Positions 10,801-22,237 are shown, counted from the stretch's first letter. The stretch is 33,679 nt of DNA from Candidimonas sp. (GCA_035514715.1 DATJCP010000212.1:1-33679), one strand, 5' to 3'. A program made the numbers and translations. Notes: generated by a model from the sequence alone, not told the origin.

Positions 10801-10939
10801 CAGAAATCATGGGAAAATCGAACTGCGGCAGAGGCGCAACGGGCAGGAAAAAATAAGCCAGCCCCCCCGTCAGCACCATGGCCGCACACAACAACGCGGT
10901 GCCTACGGGACGCATGATGAACAGGGTGAAAAACTTCAT
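7820..10939 (-). CDS. mdtC: RND efflux permease, MdtC/MuxC type
   Basis: [36 protein letters not shown] and RFRPIMMTT. Start moved to ATG 10939 ([11 protein letters not shown]), an ATGA overlap with the mdtB stop. Confidence 0.9.
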   Translation of the reverse strand: MKFFTLFIMRPVGTALLCAAMVLTGGLAYFFLPVAPLPQFDFPMISVSASLAGASPETMASSVATPLEQSLGAIAGLSEMSSRSTEGSTRISLVFDMDKDINGAARDVQAAINAARSMLPSSLRSNPTYRKVNPASSPVMVLALTSKTSTQGRLYDLASTVLGQKVSQVPGVGEVQVGGSSLPAIRVSLNPQALTNAGVSLDEVRTALSNANTMRPNGVVENDQYHWQVSSGGQLNKAAQYRPLIVAWRDGSPIRVQDVATVEDSVEDLFNTGFLNDQRAVLLVIRRQADANIIETVDAIRNQLPAFEALLPADVVLTVAQDRTPSIRASLHEAELTLVIAIILVVLVVLLFLRNIRAALIPAIAVPASLITTFSLMLWFGYTLNTISLMALIVATGFVVDDAIVVLENIMRHIEKGMAPLRAAIRGVKEVGFTVLAMSLSLVAVFIPMLLMGGLPGRLFREFAVTLSVSILISLLLSVTLTPMMCAYILRAKTEYKPRKRGALTRVFQALGEKFWGGYKRSLAWSLAHGRIMMLLLAATIGLNFYLYAVVPKGFFPQQDTGQLLGFFRVDQGTSFQAMLPKLDRFRQTLLQDPAIQSVSGYAGGRGGSNSSFMQIQLKPLSERDVSANDVVNRLRSKFTGVPGARLILVPQQDIFVGRQSSSGSYDYTLMASDLTLLKTWLPIVQRALQALPELVDVDTDVEDKGRRVELVIDRDAATRLGVNMSLISSVLNNSFSQRQVSVIYGPLNQYHVVMGVDERYAQDAESLKRVEVVTADGSRVPLSAFARFEVGNAPLSVSHEGLFAADSISFSLAPGVSLDQATRAIDDAVARTGLPTNEIQAGLMGTAQAMQAAVSQQPWLILAALVTMYIVLGILYESYVHPITILSTLPSAGIGALLALIMLGEEFTLIALIGVFLLIGIVKKNAIMMVDFALQAERRDGLSSREAIYQACLVRFRPIMMTTVSALFGALPLVLASGAGVEMRRPLGLTIVGGLILSQILTLYTTPVVYLYLDRFRLWAQRKRGNKNQSVEGHLDTR

Positions 10940-13900
10940 GGCGCCATCTCCGGGCGGGCGCTGGCAGCCTTGCGAGGTGCCTTGAAGCGGCGAGCAATCC
11001 GGTCGAACATCAAGTAAATAACCGGCGTGGTGAACAAAGTCAGTATCTGACTGCACAGCAGCCCGCCCACCATGACCAGACCCAGCGGCTGCCTGAGTTC
11101 AGACCCCGAGCCCGTGGCCAGCATCAACGGCACCGCGCTGAATAGCGCGGCCAGCGTCGTCATGAGAATAGGCCTGAACCGCAGCAAAGCCGCCTCATGA
11201 ATGGCAGCACGCGGGCTCAAGCCGCGCTGGCGCTCGGCATCCAGCGCAAAATCTATCATCATGATGGCGTTTTTCTTGACGATACCTATCAGCAGGATAA
11301 TGCCGATAATGCCTATCATATCGAGCTCCGCACCGGTAAGCAGCAGCGCCAGCAAGGCGCCTATCGCCGCCGACGGTAAGGTGGACAAGATTGTGACCGG
11401 ATGGATATAGCTCTCGTACAGCACGCCCAAAACGATATACATCGTAGCTACTGCGGCAAGCAGCAGCCATAAGGTGGACGACAATGACGCCTGGAAAGCC
11501 TTGGCCGCCCCCTGAAATTTCAGTTCCAGCGACGCGGGCATGGCAAGATCGATCTGAGCTTGTTGAATCGCGTCGACCGCATCCGACAAGGCCACGCCGG
11601 GCGCCAGGTTGAACGAAATCGTCGTCGCAGGAAACTGCCCCAAACGCTCGATAGACAGCAGCGTATTGCTTTGGCTGATGCTTGCCAGGCTGCTAAGCGG
11701 CACGGGCGTGCCCGATGCCGTCGGCACGAAAACACGCGTCAACGCCTGCGGGTCCTGCCTGAACTGCGGCGCCACCTCCAACACCACGCGATACTGGGTG
11801 GATTGGGTGAAAATCGTGGATATCAGGCGTTGCCCAAAGGCATCGTACAAAGCGTCGTCGATCATCGCATTGCTGACGCCCAGGCGGGCCGCCGCATCGC
11901 GGTCTATCGCCAGTACCGTCTGCAGGCCATCGCCTTGCAAATCATCGACAACATCTTCCAGTTGAGGCAAGCCCCGCAACGCATCGACCAGCTTGGGCGT
12001 CCAGGCCAGCAGCGTGGCGTGATCCGGTTCCGATAGTGTCATTTGGTATTGCGTACGACTGATCCGGTCATCCACCGTCAAGTCTTGCACCGGCTGCATG
12101 AAAACCTGGATATCCGACAACGACTTCAAGTCCTGTCCCAGACGACGGATGATTGTCTGGGCGTTGGCGCTGCGTTCGGTTATCGGTTTAAGGGCGATTT
12201 GCATGCGCCCCGTGTTGATGGTGGCGTTGGTTCCATCGATACCGATGAAAGACGACACCGCGGTAACGTCCGGGTCTTTCAGTATGCGCTCTACGGCCTG
12301 CTGCTGGCGCTGCGCCATGGACGTAAAGGAAACCGTTTGCGGCCCCTGGCTGATGGCCTGTATCAAGCCAGTATCCTGTTGCGGGAAAAAGCCCTTGGGC
12401 ACCATCACATACAACAATCCGGTAAACACCAGCGTACCAAAAGCCACCCACAACGTCAGGCGCTGATGCGACAGCACCCAGCGCAGGCCGCGATCATACT
12501 CACGGGTCAGGCTGTCCATGCTCTCGCCAGCCCAGCGCTGGAAGCGCCCATATTTGATTTCCGATTCAGGCTTAAGCAAACGCGCGCACATCATGGGCGT
12601 CAGCGTCAGGGATATCACCAACGACAGCAATATGGCCACCGCCAGCGTAATGGCAAACTCGCGAAACAGGCGGCCGATGACGTCGCTCATGAATAGCAGC
12701 GGGATCAATACGGCAATCAGCGACAAAGTCAGCGACACCAGCGTAAAGCCGATTTGCGCTGCGCCCTTCAAGGCAGCCTTCATCGCAGTTTCGCCCTCTT
12801 CGATATGGCGGGCGATGTTTTCTATCATGACGATGGCGTCATCGACCACGAAACCGGTGGCGACCGTCAGCGCCATCAAGGTCAGGTTGTTGATGCTGAA
12901 GCCCGCCAGATACATAATGCCGAAGGTTCCCACCAGCGACAGCGGCACCACCACACTGGGAATGAAAGTTGCCGTCCAGGTGCGCAAGAACACGAATGTC
13001 ACCAGCACCACCAGCGCAATCGCCAGCAACATTTCCGTTTGCACGTGCTTGATCGAATCCCGTATGGTTTGCGTGCGGTCGGTGGCAACGGCCACATCCA
13101 CGCCAGCAGGCAATGACGCCCTGAGCGATGGCAGCAAGGCCGTTACCTTGTCCACCACTTCGATCACATTGGCGCCCGGTTGGCGCTGGATATTCAACAG
13201 GATCGCGGGCTTGTCGCCTATCCATGCTGCCTGGCGCGTATTTTCGGCATCCTGCTGAGCCTGCGCCACATCGCGCAAACGCAAAGGCGCACCGTTTTCG
13301 TAAGTCAGGATAAGCTGTTCATAGTCTTGTACAGACTTCAGCTGATCGTTGGCATTAATGGTGGTGGAACGCTCCGGTCCATCCAGGTTGCCCTTGGGCT
13401 GGTTTACGTTGGCGCCCACAATGGCGGTACGCACACTGGCCAGCGTCAAGTTATGGGCAGCAAGCGCCTGCGGGTTGGCCTGTATGCGCACAGCAGGACG
13501 CTGCCCGCCCGCAATACTGACCAGCCCCACCCCAGAGATTTGCGACAGTTTTTGCGCAACGCGAATATCGATCAAATCGCGCACATCGTATAAAGGCAAA
13601 GTGGGCGACGTCACCGCCAGGCTGATGACCGGCGTATCGGCCGGATTGACCTTGTTGTAGATGGGCGGCGCTGGCAAATCGTTAGGCAACAGGTTGGATG
13701 CCGCATTGATGGAGGCTTGAACCTCTTGCTCGGCCACGTCCAAAGACAAATCCAGATCGAACTGCAGGGTAATGACCGACGAACCGCCTGAACTGGACGA
13801 GGTCATTTGCGTCAGCCCTGGCATCTGCCCGAACTGACGCTCCAGCGGCGACGTGACCAACGCCGTCATGACATCGGGGCTGGCTCCGGGATACAGGGTC

Positions 13901-14043
13901 GTGACCTGTATCGTTGGATAATCCACTTGCGGCAGTGCCGCCACCGGCAGCAGGCGGTACGCAATGATGCCCGCTATCAGCAGGGCTACCATCGACAGGG
14001 TCGTGGCAACAGGCCTAAGAATGAAAAGACGCGAAAGATTCAC
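10936..14043 (-). CDS. mdtB: RND efflux permease, MdtB/MuxB type
   Basis: [38 protein letters not shown] and RFRPILMTT. 1035 aa, GTG start. Confidence 0.92.
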   Translation of the reverse strand: MNLSRLFILRPVATTLSMVALLIAGIIAYRLLPVAALPQVDYPTIQVTTLYPGASPDVMTALVTSPLERQFGQMPGLTQMTSSSSGGSSVITLQFDLDLSLDVAEQEVQASINAASNLLPNDLPAPPIYNKVNPADTPVISLAVTSPTLPLYDVRDLIDIRVAQKLSQISGVGLVSIAGGQRPAVRIQANPQALAAHNLTLASVRTAIVGANVNQPKGNLDGPERSTTINANDQLKSVQDYEQLILTYENGAPLRLRDVAQAQQDAENTRQAAWIGDKPAILLNIQRQPGANVIEVVDKVTALLPSLRASLPAGVDVAVATDRTQTIRDSIKHVQTEMLLAIALVVLVTFVFLRTWTATFIPSVVVPLSLVGTFGIMYLAGFSINNLTLMALTVATGFVVDDAIVMIENIARHIEEGETAMKAALKGAAQIGFTLVSLTLSLIAVLIPLLFMSDVIGRLFREFAITLAVAILLSLVISLTLTPMMCARLLKPESEIKYGRFQRWAGESMDSLTREYDRGLRWVLSHQRLTLWVAFGTLVFTGLLYVMVPKGFFPQQDTGLIQAISQGPQTVSFTSMAQRQQQAVERILKDPDVTAVSSFIGIDGTNATINTGRMQIALKPITERSANAQTIIRRLGQDLKSLSDIQVFMQPVQDLTVDDRISRTQYQMTLSEPDHATLLAWTPKLVDALRGLPQLEDVVDDLQGDGLQTVLAIDRDAAARLGVSNAMIDDALYDAFGQRLISTIFTQSTQYRVVLEVAPQFRQDPQALTRVFVPTASGTPVPLSSLASISQSNTLLSIERLGQFPATTISFNLAPGVALSDAVDAIQQAQIDLAMPASLELKFQGAAKAFQASLSSTLWLLLAAVATMYIVLGVLYESYIHPVTILSTLPSAAIGALLALLLTGAELDMIGIIGIILLIGIVKKNAIMMIDFALDAERQRGLSPRAAIHEAALLRFRPILMTTLAALFSAVPLMLATGSGSELRQPLGLVMVGGLLCSQILTLFTTPVIYLMFDRIARRFKAPRKAASARPEMAP

Positions 14044-14052
14044 AGCCCGCCC

Positions 14053-15321
14053 TTAATGTGCGCCGCGCGGGCCGCGTCCGCCAGAAGCTGGCGCCGCACT
14101 TTGCGCCCCACTCTTGGCCGGCGCACCGGCAGCCGCATTCGCATCGGCGGTCACCACCTGTACTTGCGCCCCTTCGCGCAAACGGTCCATGCCTTCCACG
14201 ACCACCCGCTGGCCCTCGCTCAGGCCGGAAACGATTGCAGCGCGCTTGTCTGCCACCAGCCCAACAACCACGGGCTGAACATGCACTTTACTGTCATCGC
14301 CGACCAGATAAACAAACGCGCCTATCGACCCTTGCTGTACTGCCATCGTCGGCACTACCAGCGATTGTGCGGTATCCACACGCAATCGCGCGTTGACAAA
14401 TTGATTCGGAAACAAAGACTCATCTTCATTGGCAAAACGCGCCTTGAGCTTGACCGTGCCCGTGGCGACATCGATTTGATTATCAAGCGACGCCAATTCA
14501 CCCGTGGCAATCTTTTTCAGATCGTCACGATCGTACAGATCGACAGCCAGGGCCTTGCCGGCGCGGATTTGCGCCAGGACGTCAGGCAGCTGCGCCTGTG
14601 GCAAGGTAAACAATACGGAAATTGGCTGCGTTTGGGTAATGACCACCAACCCGTCGGTATTGGATGCGTTGATCATGTTGCCCTGGTCCACCTTGCGCAA
14701 GCCCAGCCGGCCCGAGATCGGCGCGATGATCTTGGTAAAGCTTAGCTGCAGCTTTGCGCTATCGACAGCTGCCTGGTCGCTTTTGCGCGAGCCCAAATAC
14801 TGCTGCACCAATGCCGCTTGCGCATCAACCTGTTGCTTGGCAATGGAATTTTGCTTGTAGAGCAATTGATAGCGCTGCAAATCACGCTGGGCGTTCTGCA
14901 ATTGCGCTTCATTTTGCTTTTGCTGGCCCAGCGCCTGATCCAGTTGCACTTGGTAAGTACGCGGATCTATCTGCGCCAGCACATCGCCTTCTTGCACTTT
15001 TTGGCCATCGGTAAAGGCGATTTGCTGAAGCTCGCCATCAACCCGGCTACGCACGGTGACAGTATTGAACGCCGTTACGGTACCTATGGCCTTCAATATG
15101 TGATCGATAGGTGCAGTCTGCACGGTTGCCAGCTTAACTGGAACCGCCATACCGCCCATGCCGGCCATACCCCTGCCCGCAGTCGGCCCGCCCTTGGTCG
15201 CCTGGGGTTGCGCCCCTTTTATAAAAAACCAATAACCGCCGACAACGGCCAGGACCAATACAAGTACCCACAGCCAACGGCTACGGCGGGGGCGATAGGG
15301 TTCGGAGCTTGATTCCGACAT
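14053..15321 (-). CDS. mdtA: RND periplasmic adaptor, MdtA/MuxA type
   Basis: N-terminal TM helix, GTVTAFNTVTVRSRVDG, APISGRLG, DNQIDVATGTVKLKARF and LFPNQFVN. Confidence 0.92.
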   Translation of the reverse strand: MSESSSEPYRPRRSRWLWVLVLVLAVVGGYWFFIKGAQPQATKGGPTAGRGMAGMGGMAVPVKLATVQTAPIDHILKAIGTVTAFNTVTVRSRVDGELQQIAFTDGQKVQEGDVLAQIDPRTYQVQLDQALGQQKQNEAQLQNAQRDLQRYQLLYKQNSIAKQQVDAQAALVQQYLGSRKSDQAAVDSAKLQLSFTKIIAPISGRLGLRKVDQGNMINASNTDGLVVITQTQPISVLFTLPQAQLPDVLAQIRAGKALAVDLYDRDDLKKIATGELASLDNQIDVATGTVKLKARFANEDESLFPNQFVNARLRVDTAQSLVVPTMAVQQGSIGAFVYLVGDDSKVHVQPVVVGLVADKRAAIVSGLSEGQRVVVEGMDRLREGAQVQVVTADANAAAGAPAKSGAQSAAPASGGRGPRGAH

Positions 15322-15490
15322 GCACAGTTCTCCGGTTCAAACGAAACAACCGCCATTTTCACCGATCGGAGCGACAACAGGCACGGAAAATCCGCATCTG
15401 AAATGCAATGCAACAACAATTTGGGAAAAAAAGGCGCTTACGCGCCGCCATAGGCCAACCCGCGTCGGCTATGACGCGGCAAAGCCGCCA

Positions 15491-16243
15491 TTACACATTA
15501 CAGCGCGCCAGCTTGAAAGGCACATCGGTAGTAATGGCCTGTGGCTTGAGATCTTGATCTTGCGCGGCAAAACGCACCCAGATCACATACTTGTTGGCAC
15601 TCATTTCGGGAAAAACGTTCAGCGCCGTATCGACCCATACGCGCAGAAGCTGGAACAGCTTGCCTCCCAGCATTTCCTGATATGCACCTTGCCTCGCCAC
15701 CAGATCAACCACGTCGCCAGAATCACGCAATAAACGCAAAATCAGGGCTAGCCCTTTGTACAAGGGCATGAAAGGCTGTATCCAGTGACCCAGGTCAGAT
15801 GAGCGCGCTTCTGCAGGCTTGAGCTGCCACGAAAAATACGAGGGCATATCGACCTGGGACGACCCACCGGGAATCGCCACCCGGCCACGCAAACTGGCTA
15901 GCCATTCGTTATCGCGCAATTCTTGGCCAATACGGCCTTGCGCACTTAATTCGGCGGAAGCCTGCTGGATTTCGGCCAGCATGGTATCCAGCATGCGGGG
16001 ATCAACCCCAGGATGCTGGCGCAATGCGCTCAGCGCATTGCGCTGGCGTTCAAGATCTTGCAGAACAGCGCCGCGCAAATCGGTGCGATCACAGATGTCG
16101 AGCAAGTCGAATAGTGTGGCGACCGAGATATGATGAAAATGCGCGTCGGTACCCTTGGCAAAGAAAAATAGCCTGTCGAACAAATGCTCGACTCTTAGTA
16201 GAGACCGAACGCGTTCATTGCAAGGATATTCATAAAGAATCAC
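15491..16243 (-). CDS. zapD: Cell division protein ZapD
   Basis: ILYEYPCNERVRSLLRVE, NEWL and IPGG...D.P motifs; lies downstream of coaE. Start moved to GTG 16243, giving 250 aa. Confidence 0.92.
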   Translation of the reverse strand: MILYEYPCNERVRSLLRVEHLFDRLFFFAKGTDAHFHHISVATLFDLLDICDRTDLRGAVLQDLERQRNALSALRQHPGVDPRMLDTMLAEIQQASAELSAQGRIGQELRDNEWLASLRGRVAIPGGSSQVDMPSYFSWQLKPAEARSSDLGHWIQPFMPLYKGLALILRLLRDSGDVVDLVARQGAYQEMLGGKLFQLLRVWVDTALNVFPEMSANKYVIWVRFAAQDQDLKPQAITTDVPFKLARCNV

Positions 16244-16268
16244 GCGACCAACAACCTTTATTAATTGA

Positions 16269-16904
16269 TTATGAACGACTGCTTGCGAACCCGCCCGCCA
16301 ACTGCTGCGCCTGCGCGCACCAACTGGTATGTAGATCCCGGGCCCGGCGTTCCAGCTCTTCGATACTGGTGTTCGCGTCGTTGAGCACCACGTCATCGGC
16401 GACAGCCAATCTGGCTTCTCGTGATGCCTGCGCAGACATGATACGCCCAATAGCCTCGGGCGTCAGCCCACTACGCGCCTTGACTCGCGCTATCTGGGTA
16501 GCTGGATCGCAATCCACCACGCAAATACGATCAACCTGATCCCGCCAGCGGCCAGACTCAACCAGCAAAGGCACCACGAAAACAAGATAACACCCTTGAG
16601 CGGACTCGGCCCTTCGCTTTGTAACCAAGCCTATCATAGGGTGAATGATCGCCTCGAGTTGCTGCCTGGCTTCGGGGCTGGCGAAGACCAGATCGCGCAT
16701 TGCCTGGCGGTCCAATGCACCGGTGGCAGAGATGACATCGGGTCCAAAATGCTGGCGTATGGGTTCTATTGCCTGGCCACCTGGTGCTGTAAGGTCGTGC
16801 GCGATGACATCGGTATCGATGACTGCCGCACCCCACGAGGCAAAGAAATCGGCAACACGGCTTTTACCCGAGCCTATGCCCCCTGTCAGGCCTATTTTGA
16901 ACAT
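16269..16904 (-). CDS. coaE: Dephospho-CoA kinase
   Basis: IGLTGGIGSGKS P-loop, LEAIIHP and VPLLVE. Start moved to ATG 16904 (MFKIGL). Confidence 0.95.
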   Translation of the reverse strand: MFKIGLTGGIGSGKSRVADFFASWGAAVIDTDVIAHDLTAPGGQAIEPIRQHFGPDVISATGALDRQAMRDLVFASPEARQQLEAIIHPMIGLVTKRRAESAQGCYLVFVVPLLVESGRWRDQVDRICVVDCDPATQIARVKARSGLTPEAIGRIMSAQASREARLAVADDVVLNDANTSIEELERRARDLHTSWCAQAQQLAGGFASSRS

Positions 16905-16920
16905 ATTTATGCGCCTTGGA

Positions 16921-17706
16921 CTACCAAAAGTACAAATGTACATCAGACCCGGCTATTAACGCAGCTAATCCGCTAGTCGCCAGAAACGGGCCGAAAGGAT
17001 AAGACCCGGAAGGTGCAAAAGTTCTTTGCCGGCACATGGCAAGCAAAACACCCATTACGCACGCGGCCAGTAAAACCACAGCCAGCGGACGCCACCCCAG
17101 CCATGCTCCCAATGCGGCCAGCAGTTTGAAATCGCCATAGCCCATGCCTTCGCGGCCGCTTAGCAACTTGAATAGCCAAAAAAGCCCCCACAAGAAGCCA
17201 TAGCCCAACATGGCGCCCGCTATCGCGTCATGCAAATCTAGCCCATGGCCCGACCAGGCCAGCGCCAGCCCCAGCCACAGCAAAGGCAAAGTCAGCGCGT
17301 CAGGCAAAAGACGGATGCGGGTATCGATTAGAGCCAGCATCAACAACATAGCGCAGGCAGTTGCGGCCCCCATAAAATATAAAGTCCAGCCATGCAAAGC
17401 CGCCAAGACAGCAAAACAACCGGACATCAGCACTGCACAGGCAACGCTGGTCTTCAAGGCCCTGGCCGCACCGGCCACCAGGACCGGGTTGGAATCCTCA
17501 GCCGCCTTTGGGCCAGGGAAAAATCCACGGAAGGCCCGCCGTAATGCGGCGCGCAGGCAAGCCGCATCGGCTTCGCCGCCAGTATCCAGCACATGCACAT
17601 AGGCCCGTGCCACCCTCTCGCACCAGACACCAACTACCGCACCCGAAACAGCAAGCAGAAAAATGCGTAGAATGCTTATTGCCTCTTGTTGATGGAAAAA
17701 CTCCAT
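16921..17706 (-). CDS. pilD: A24 prepilin peptidase (PilD-like) lacking the Cys/Zn N-terminal region; start uncertain
   Basis: Catalytic Asp motifs LIDTRIRLLPD and GMGYGDFKL, plus PFGPFLA. Sits in the conserved position upstream of coaE. Confidence 0.8.
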   Translation of the reverse strand: MEFFHQQEAISILRIFLLAVSGAVVGVWCERVARAYVHVLDTGGEADAACLRAALRRAFRGFFPGPKAAEDSNPVLVAGAARALKTSVACAVLMSGCFAVLAALHGWTLYFMGAATACAMLLMLALIDTRIRLLPDALTLPLLWLGLALAWSGHGLDLHDAIAGAMLGYGFLWGLFWLFKLLSGREGMGYGDFKLLAALGAWLGWRPLAVVLLAACVMGVLLAMCRQRTFAPSGSYPFGPFLATSGLAALIAGSDVHLYFW

Positions 17707-18361
17707 GCCTTCCCTAGCCCTGTTTACTCAATCGTCGTTTATCAAGCCTGTAGGCGCTGCGTTGCTGGCTCTGGCTATGGCTGGTTGCGCCCAGCAACAA
17801 GCTGCCGGGTACTACGATACCCCCCGCGACAGTACCGCATCAGACGCTCAATATCAGGCGCAGGGCCGCAGCAGTGCGCACGCGCCCTCGCAAATACAGT
17901 TGGGCTTTGGCGCCAACCAGGAAAAAATCAAGCCTCAAACCGCGCAAGATCAGGCCACTGAAAACGCCACGATCAAGGCGCGCGCCCTGACTGAGGCCAA
18001 AACATTCCTGGGAACCGTGCCCTGCCTTGCCGGCAATGCGTGCTCAGCATCCCGCGTAACGTTAACCCTGGCGCCAGGCGGCCAATGGCGCTCGCGCACC
18101 GTCATGCTGGACAACCCCGGCGCTAAAAACAATATCGCCGAACAAGGCTGCTGGAGCGTAATCGGCACACAGCCATTGCGTATATTGCTGCAAACGAAAA
18201 GCGAAGCCGTCAAAGCCAACCTGACCTTCGTCAACGACAATGTGCTGCGCATAAACGCCATCAACGAAATCCAGCCAACACTGGAGTATCGCCTGACGCG
18301 TCAGCAAGATATCGACCCCATTGACGAGCTGGCCAGCCAACCTGCGCTGCAGTGCGGATAA
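17705..18361 (+). CDS. Lipoprotein with an NlpE N-terminal-like domain
   Basis: Lipobox MAG-C after a hydrophobic stretch. TFLGTVPC....C....VTLTLAPGG resembles the NlpE-N 'G.LPCADC.GI...L.L..DG' pattern. Confidence 0.7.
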   Translation: MPSLALFTQSSFIKPVGAALLALAMAGCAQQQAAGYYDTPRDSTASDAQYQAQGRSSAHAPSQIQLGFGANQEKIKPQTAQDQATENATIKARALTEAKTFLGTVPCLAGNACSASRVTLTLAPGGQWRSRTVMLDNPGAKNNIAEQGCWSVIGTQPLRILLQTKSEAVKANLTFVNDNVLRINAINEIQPTLEYRLTRQQDIDPIDELASQPALQCG

Positions 18362-18386
18362 ACTGCGGCTAATGCCGGATTACGAT

Positions 18387-18412
18387 ACTTGGCGGCCTTC
18401 TGGCCGCCAAGT
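18387..18412. terminator. Hairpin between convergent genes, probable bidirectional terminator
   Basis: ACTTGGCGGCC-ttct-GGCCGCCAAGT, a perfect 11-bp stem with no clear U-tract. Confidence 0.55.
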
Positions 18413-18420
18413 GCTGTGTA

Positions 18421-18651
18421 TTACGATGCTGTGTGCTGGGTCAGTAGGCACCGCGTCAGTTCGACGGCATTCCTGACCTGCATTTTCTGGAAAATCCGGG
18501 CTCGATGGGCCTCAACGGTACGCTGTGATACACCGAGCTCGGCCGCAATAATTTTATTTGGCTTGCCTGACACCACATAATCCATGACATCGCGCTCGCG
18601 GGGAGTCAACACTGTGAATGGCGAGCTGCCATGACCGTATCCCTGTACCAT
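18421..18651 (-). CDS. Stand-alone LuxR/FixJ-type HTH protein (76 aa)
   Basis: LTPRERDVMDYVVSGKPNKIIAAELGVSQRTVEAHRARIFQKM. AGGAG precedes ATG 18651; an alternative in-frame ATG is at 18693. Confidence 0.85.
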   Translation of the reverse strand: MVQGYGHGSSPFTVLTPRERDVMDYVVSGKPNKIIAAELGVSQRTVEAHRARIFQKMQVRNAVELTRCLLTQHTAS

Positions 18652-18765
18652 GCTTGTCTCCTGAACGTATTCGACATGGCATTTTGTCACCATACGTTAC
18701 AGGAGTCTCCTGTCAGTTCTTACAGAGATCGCGAAACACCTTTTTGCGGAATATCAAATCACCGC

Positions 18766-19644
<879 letters not shown>

Positions 19645-20523
19645 TCAGGCGGCGGCGCGTATGTAGGACAAACGCACATAAATGGGGGCATAAGGCTCAA
19701 CCTGGGTAATATCGAGCAGCGACTCGCGTGCCAGTTCAAGCATGGCCAGGAAATGCACAACCAGTATGGCGACGGCATCGCCCTGGTCGACACGCTCGCT
19801 AAACAACTCGGTAAATTCCATGAAACGCACATCGCCCAGGCGGCGCAGAATCTGGCTCATGTGATCGCGCACCGACAATTGTTCGCGCGTGATGCGGTGA
19901 TGGGCATTAAGCTGGGCACGCCGCATGATATCAAGCCAGGCGCTGCGCAAATCGTCGGGGCTGACATCCGGCAACGCTTGCTCGAACTGCAAGTCCATCA
20001 AGGCATGCGTGCGTTGAAAGTCCCTGCCCAACTGAGGCAAGGCATCCAGCTTGCGTGCCGCAAGCTTCATTTGCTCGTACTCCAGCAAACGCCTTACCAA
20101 CTCGGCACGCGGATCGTCGACCTCTTCGCCCGTGTCGGATTTTTTTACCGGCAACAACATGCGCGACTTGATTTCAATAAGCAGCGCCGCCATGAGCAGA
20201 TATTCGCCAGCGAGCTCAAGGTTATGCTTGCGTATCTGGTCGACGTACGACAAATACTGCTTAGTAACCTCGGCCATGGGAATATCAAGCACATTGAAGT
20301 TCTGCTTGCGAATCAAGTAGAGCAGCAAATCGAGCGGACCCTGGAACGTTTCCAGAAACACTTCCAAGGCGTCCGGCGGTATGTACAGATCTTGCGGCAT
20401 GGCAAACAAAGGCTCGCCATACAGGCGAGCCAGCGCCACGCTATCGACTACGTCGGGCGTGCTGTCTATAGCCGGAGCGACCAGGGCATCAAGCTCATTG
20501 GCCGCAGGCTCGGGTAAAGCCAT
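19645..20523 (-). CDS. scpA: Segregation and condensation protein A (kleisin)
   Basis: FQGPLDLLLYLI, EYLLMAALLIEIKSRMLLP, DPRAELVRRLLEYE and FLAMLEL. Confidence 0.95.
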   Translation of the reverse strand: MALPEPAANELDALVAPAIDSTPDVVDSVALARLYGEPLFAMPQDLYIPPDALEVFLETFQGPLDLLLYLIRKQNFNVLDIPMAEVTKQYLSYVDQIRKHNLELAGEYLLMAALLIEIKSRMLLPVKKSDTGEEVDDPRAELVRRLLEYEQMKLAARKLDALPQLGRDFQRTHALMDLQFEQALPDVSPDDLRSAWLDIMRRAQLNAHHRITREQLSVRDHMSQILRRLGDVRFMEFTELFSERVDQGDAVAILVVHFLAMLELARESLLDITQVEPYAPIYVRLSYIRAAA

Positions 20524-20531
20524 GAAACCGA

Positions 20532-20720
20532 CTAGTTCGTTTGGTACACGTACGGTTTTTGCGGCACTTTGGCGGCACGGTAGCCTTCCTGGACTTCAGC
20601 ATCAATGTGCTTATCCCAAAGGCGCCCGCGGCCTTCGCGCTGACGTACTTCCGTATCGGCGTGTTCCGTTTTGTACTTTTTCAGGAATTGAGTGATTTCC
20701 GACTCGTAATTCTTTGCCAT
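20532..20720 (-). CDS. DUF3460-family small protein
   Basis: YESEITQFL...GRGRLWDK...VPQKPYVY pattern, located directly upstream of scpA. Confidence 0.85.
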   Translation of the reverse strand: MAKNYESEITQFLKKYKTEHADTEVRQREGRGRLWDKHIDAEVQEGYRAAKVPQKPYVYQTN

Positions 20721-20785
20721 AATACTTACATACCAAATCTGGTTAACCTGCGAACCTCCAGTTTACTTCACTCGCGCAGAACTGA

Positions 20786-22237
20786 ATGCCTGACATCCCA
20801 GCACCGACTAGCAACCCAACAAACACCCCGCTTTCAGCGCGCGAACGCAACGCCATCCGCATGATCCCGTTTATCGTGGGATGCGCTCTGTTCATGCAGA
20901 TGCTGGACTCTACCGTTGTAGCCACCGCGCTGCCTGCCATGGCCGTATCCCTAGGGTCGACCGTGGTGCACATGAACGTGGCCATTACCAGCTACCTGCT
21001 GGCCGTCGCCGTTTTTGTCCCTATCAGCGGCTGGGCCGCCGACCGGTTCGGGGCAAAGCGGGTGTTCATTACCGCCATCCTGCTTTTCACGCTTAGCTCC
21101 GTGGCCTGCGCCGCCTCGCAAAGCATTGCCCAGCTAGTTGTATCCCGCGTCGTGCAAGGCCTGGCGGGCGCCATGATGGTGCCGGTAGGCCGTATTATCT
21201 TGCTGCGAAAAATACCCAAAACAGAACTGCTCAAGGCCATGGCGTTTTTGTCGCTGCCAGCCTTGCTGGGGCCCATAATCGGCCCGCCCCTGGGTGGGTT
21301 CCTGGTGACCTACGCCTCATGGCACTGGATATTCCTGATCAATATCCCCGTGGGCATACTAGGCATCGCCTTGATCATGTACTACATCCAGGACGACTAC
21401 CCGGTGACTGCGCCGCGTCTGGACTTGATAGGCTTTATTCTTAGCGCTGTCAGCCTGGCCACGCTGGTGACCGGCTTCGAGGCCATGGGCCATCAGTCCA
21501 TGGCATGGTCTGAATTATTCTTACTGGTAGGCATAGGCCTGGCCTGCGGCCTGCTGTACATCTGGCATGCCCGGCGCATCGACTACCCGATTATCGATTT
21601 ATCGCTGCTGCGCACGCCCACTTTTGCCATTTCCACGCTAGGCGGGAATTTGTGCCGGTTCGCCGTGGGGGCCAGCCCCTTCCTGCTGGCGATCTTGTTG
21701 CAAGTAGGATTCGGGCTGTCGCCTTTTTCAGCGGGCATGATCACCTTCACCAGCGCCGTAGGCGCCATGATCATGAAGTTCGTCGCTACGCCCATCATTC
21801 AGCACTTCGGCTTCAAGCGGGTACTGATATTCAATGCCTTGCTCACCGGCGCCTTTATCGCCCTGTGCGGGCTTTTCCGGGCCGACACGCCAATATGGAT
21901 CATGGCAACCATATTGATCATTGGCGGTTTTTTTCGTTCGCTGCAGTTTACCGCCGTGAATACGCTGACCTATGCCGACCTGGGCTCGCAAGACATGAGC
22001 CGCGCCAGCAGCTTTGCCGCCATGGCGCAACAACTAGGCATCAGCCTGGGTGTGGCCTGTGCGGCGGTAACACTGAACCTGAGTATGAGCTGGCGCGGCG
22101 GTTCGGAACTGACCCTGATCGACATTATTTGGGGGTTCATGGTGATCGGGCTGATTACAGCCGCGTCGGCGATTTCATTTTCTCGCCTTCCCGCCGACGC
22201 TGGCGACCACCTGAACAAAAACAAACGCAAGGTATAA
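20786..22237 (+). CDS. DHA2-family 14-TM MFS efflux transporter
   Basis: FMQMLDSTVVATALP, GWAADRFGAKR, RVVQGLAGA, GPIIGPPLGG and WHWIFLINIPVG. Confidence 0.93.
   Translation: MPDIPAPTSNPTNTPLSARERNAIRMIPFIVGCALFMQMLDSTVVATALPAMAVSLGSTVVHMNVAITSYLLAVAVFVPISGWAADRFGAKRVFITAILLFTLSSVACAASQSIAQLVVSRVVQGLAGAMMVPVGRIILLRKIPKTELLKAMAFLSLPALLGPIIGPPLGGFLVTYASWHWIFLINIPVGILGIALIMYYIQDDYPVTAPRLDLIGFILSAVSLATLVTGFEAMGHQSMAWSELFLLVGIGLACGLLYIWHARRIDYPIIDLSLLRTPTFAISTLGGNLCRFAVGASPFLLAILLQVGFGLSPFSAGMITFTSAVGAMIMKFVATPIIQHFGFKRVLIFNALLTGAFIALCGLFRADTPIWIMATILIIGGFFRSLQFTAVNTLTYADLGSQDMSRASSFAAMAQQLGISLGVACAAVTLNLSMSWRGGSELTLIDIIWGFMVIGLITAASAISFSRLPADAGDHLNKNKRKV

Noticed and set aside
10940-11056. N-terminal extensions in the ORF track (mdtC; likewise zapD 16450, coaE 16943, Nudix 2001, acnA 25088, DUF2271 30665)
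   Set aside because: Most overlap upstream genes. The downstream starts fit family N-termini, RBSs or ATGA coupling better.
7820-14043. Repeated sequence blocks between the two RND genes
   Set aside because: This is the expected paralogy of MdtB and MdtC, not a repeat element.
19753-20517. Long antisense ORFs (also 9095-9778, 10238-11017, 13807-14745, 24342-25082, 26733-27332, 31399-32187)
   Set aside because: These are shadows of well-supported genes in GC-rich, codon-biased DNA and show no recognisable motifs.
19645-20523. scpA without an adjacent scpB
   Set aside because: From recall, the split arrangement (DUF3460-scpA-panC) is common in Burkholderiales.
20736-20747. AATCTGGTTAAC shared with 6279-6290
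   Set aside because: A single 12-nt match in unrelated contexts is expected by chance in a window of this size.
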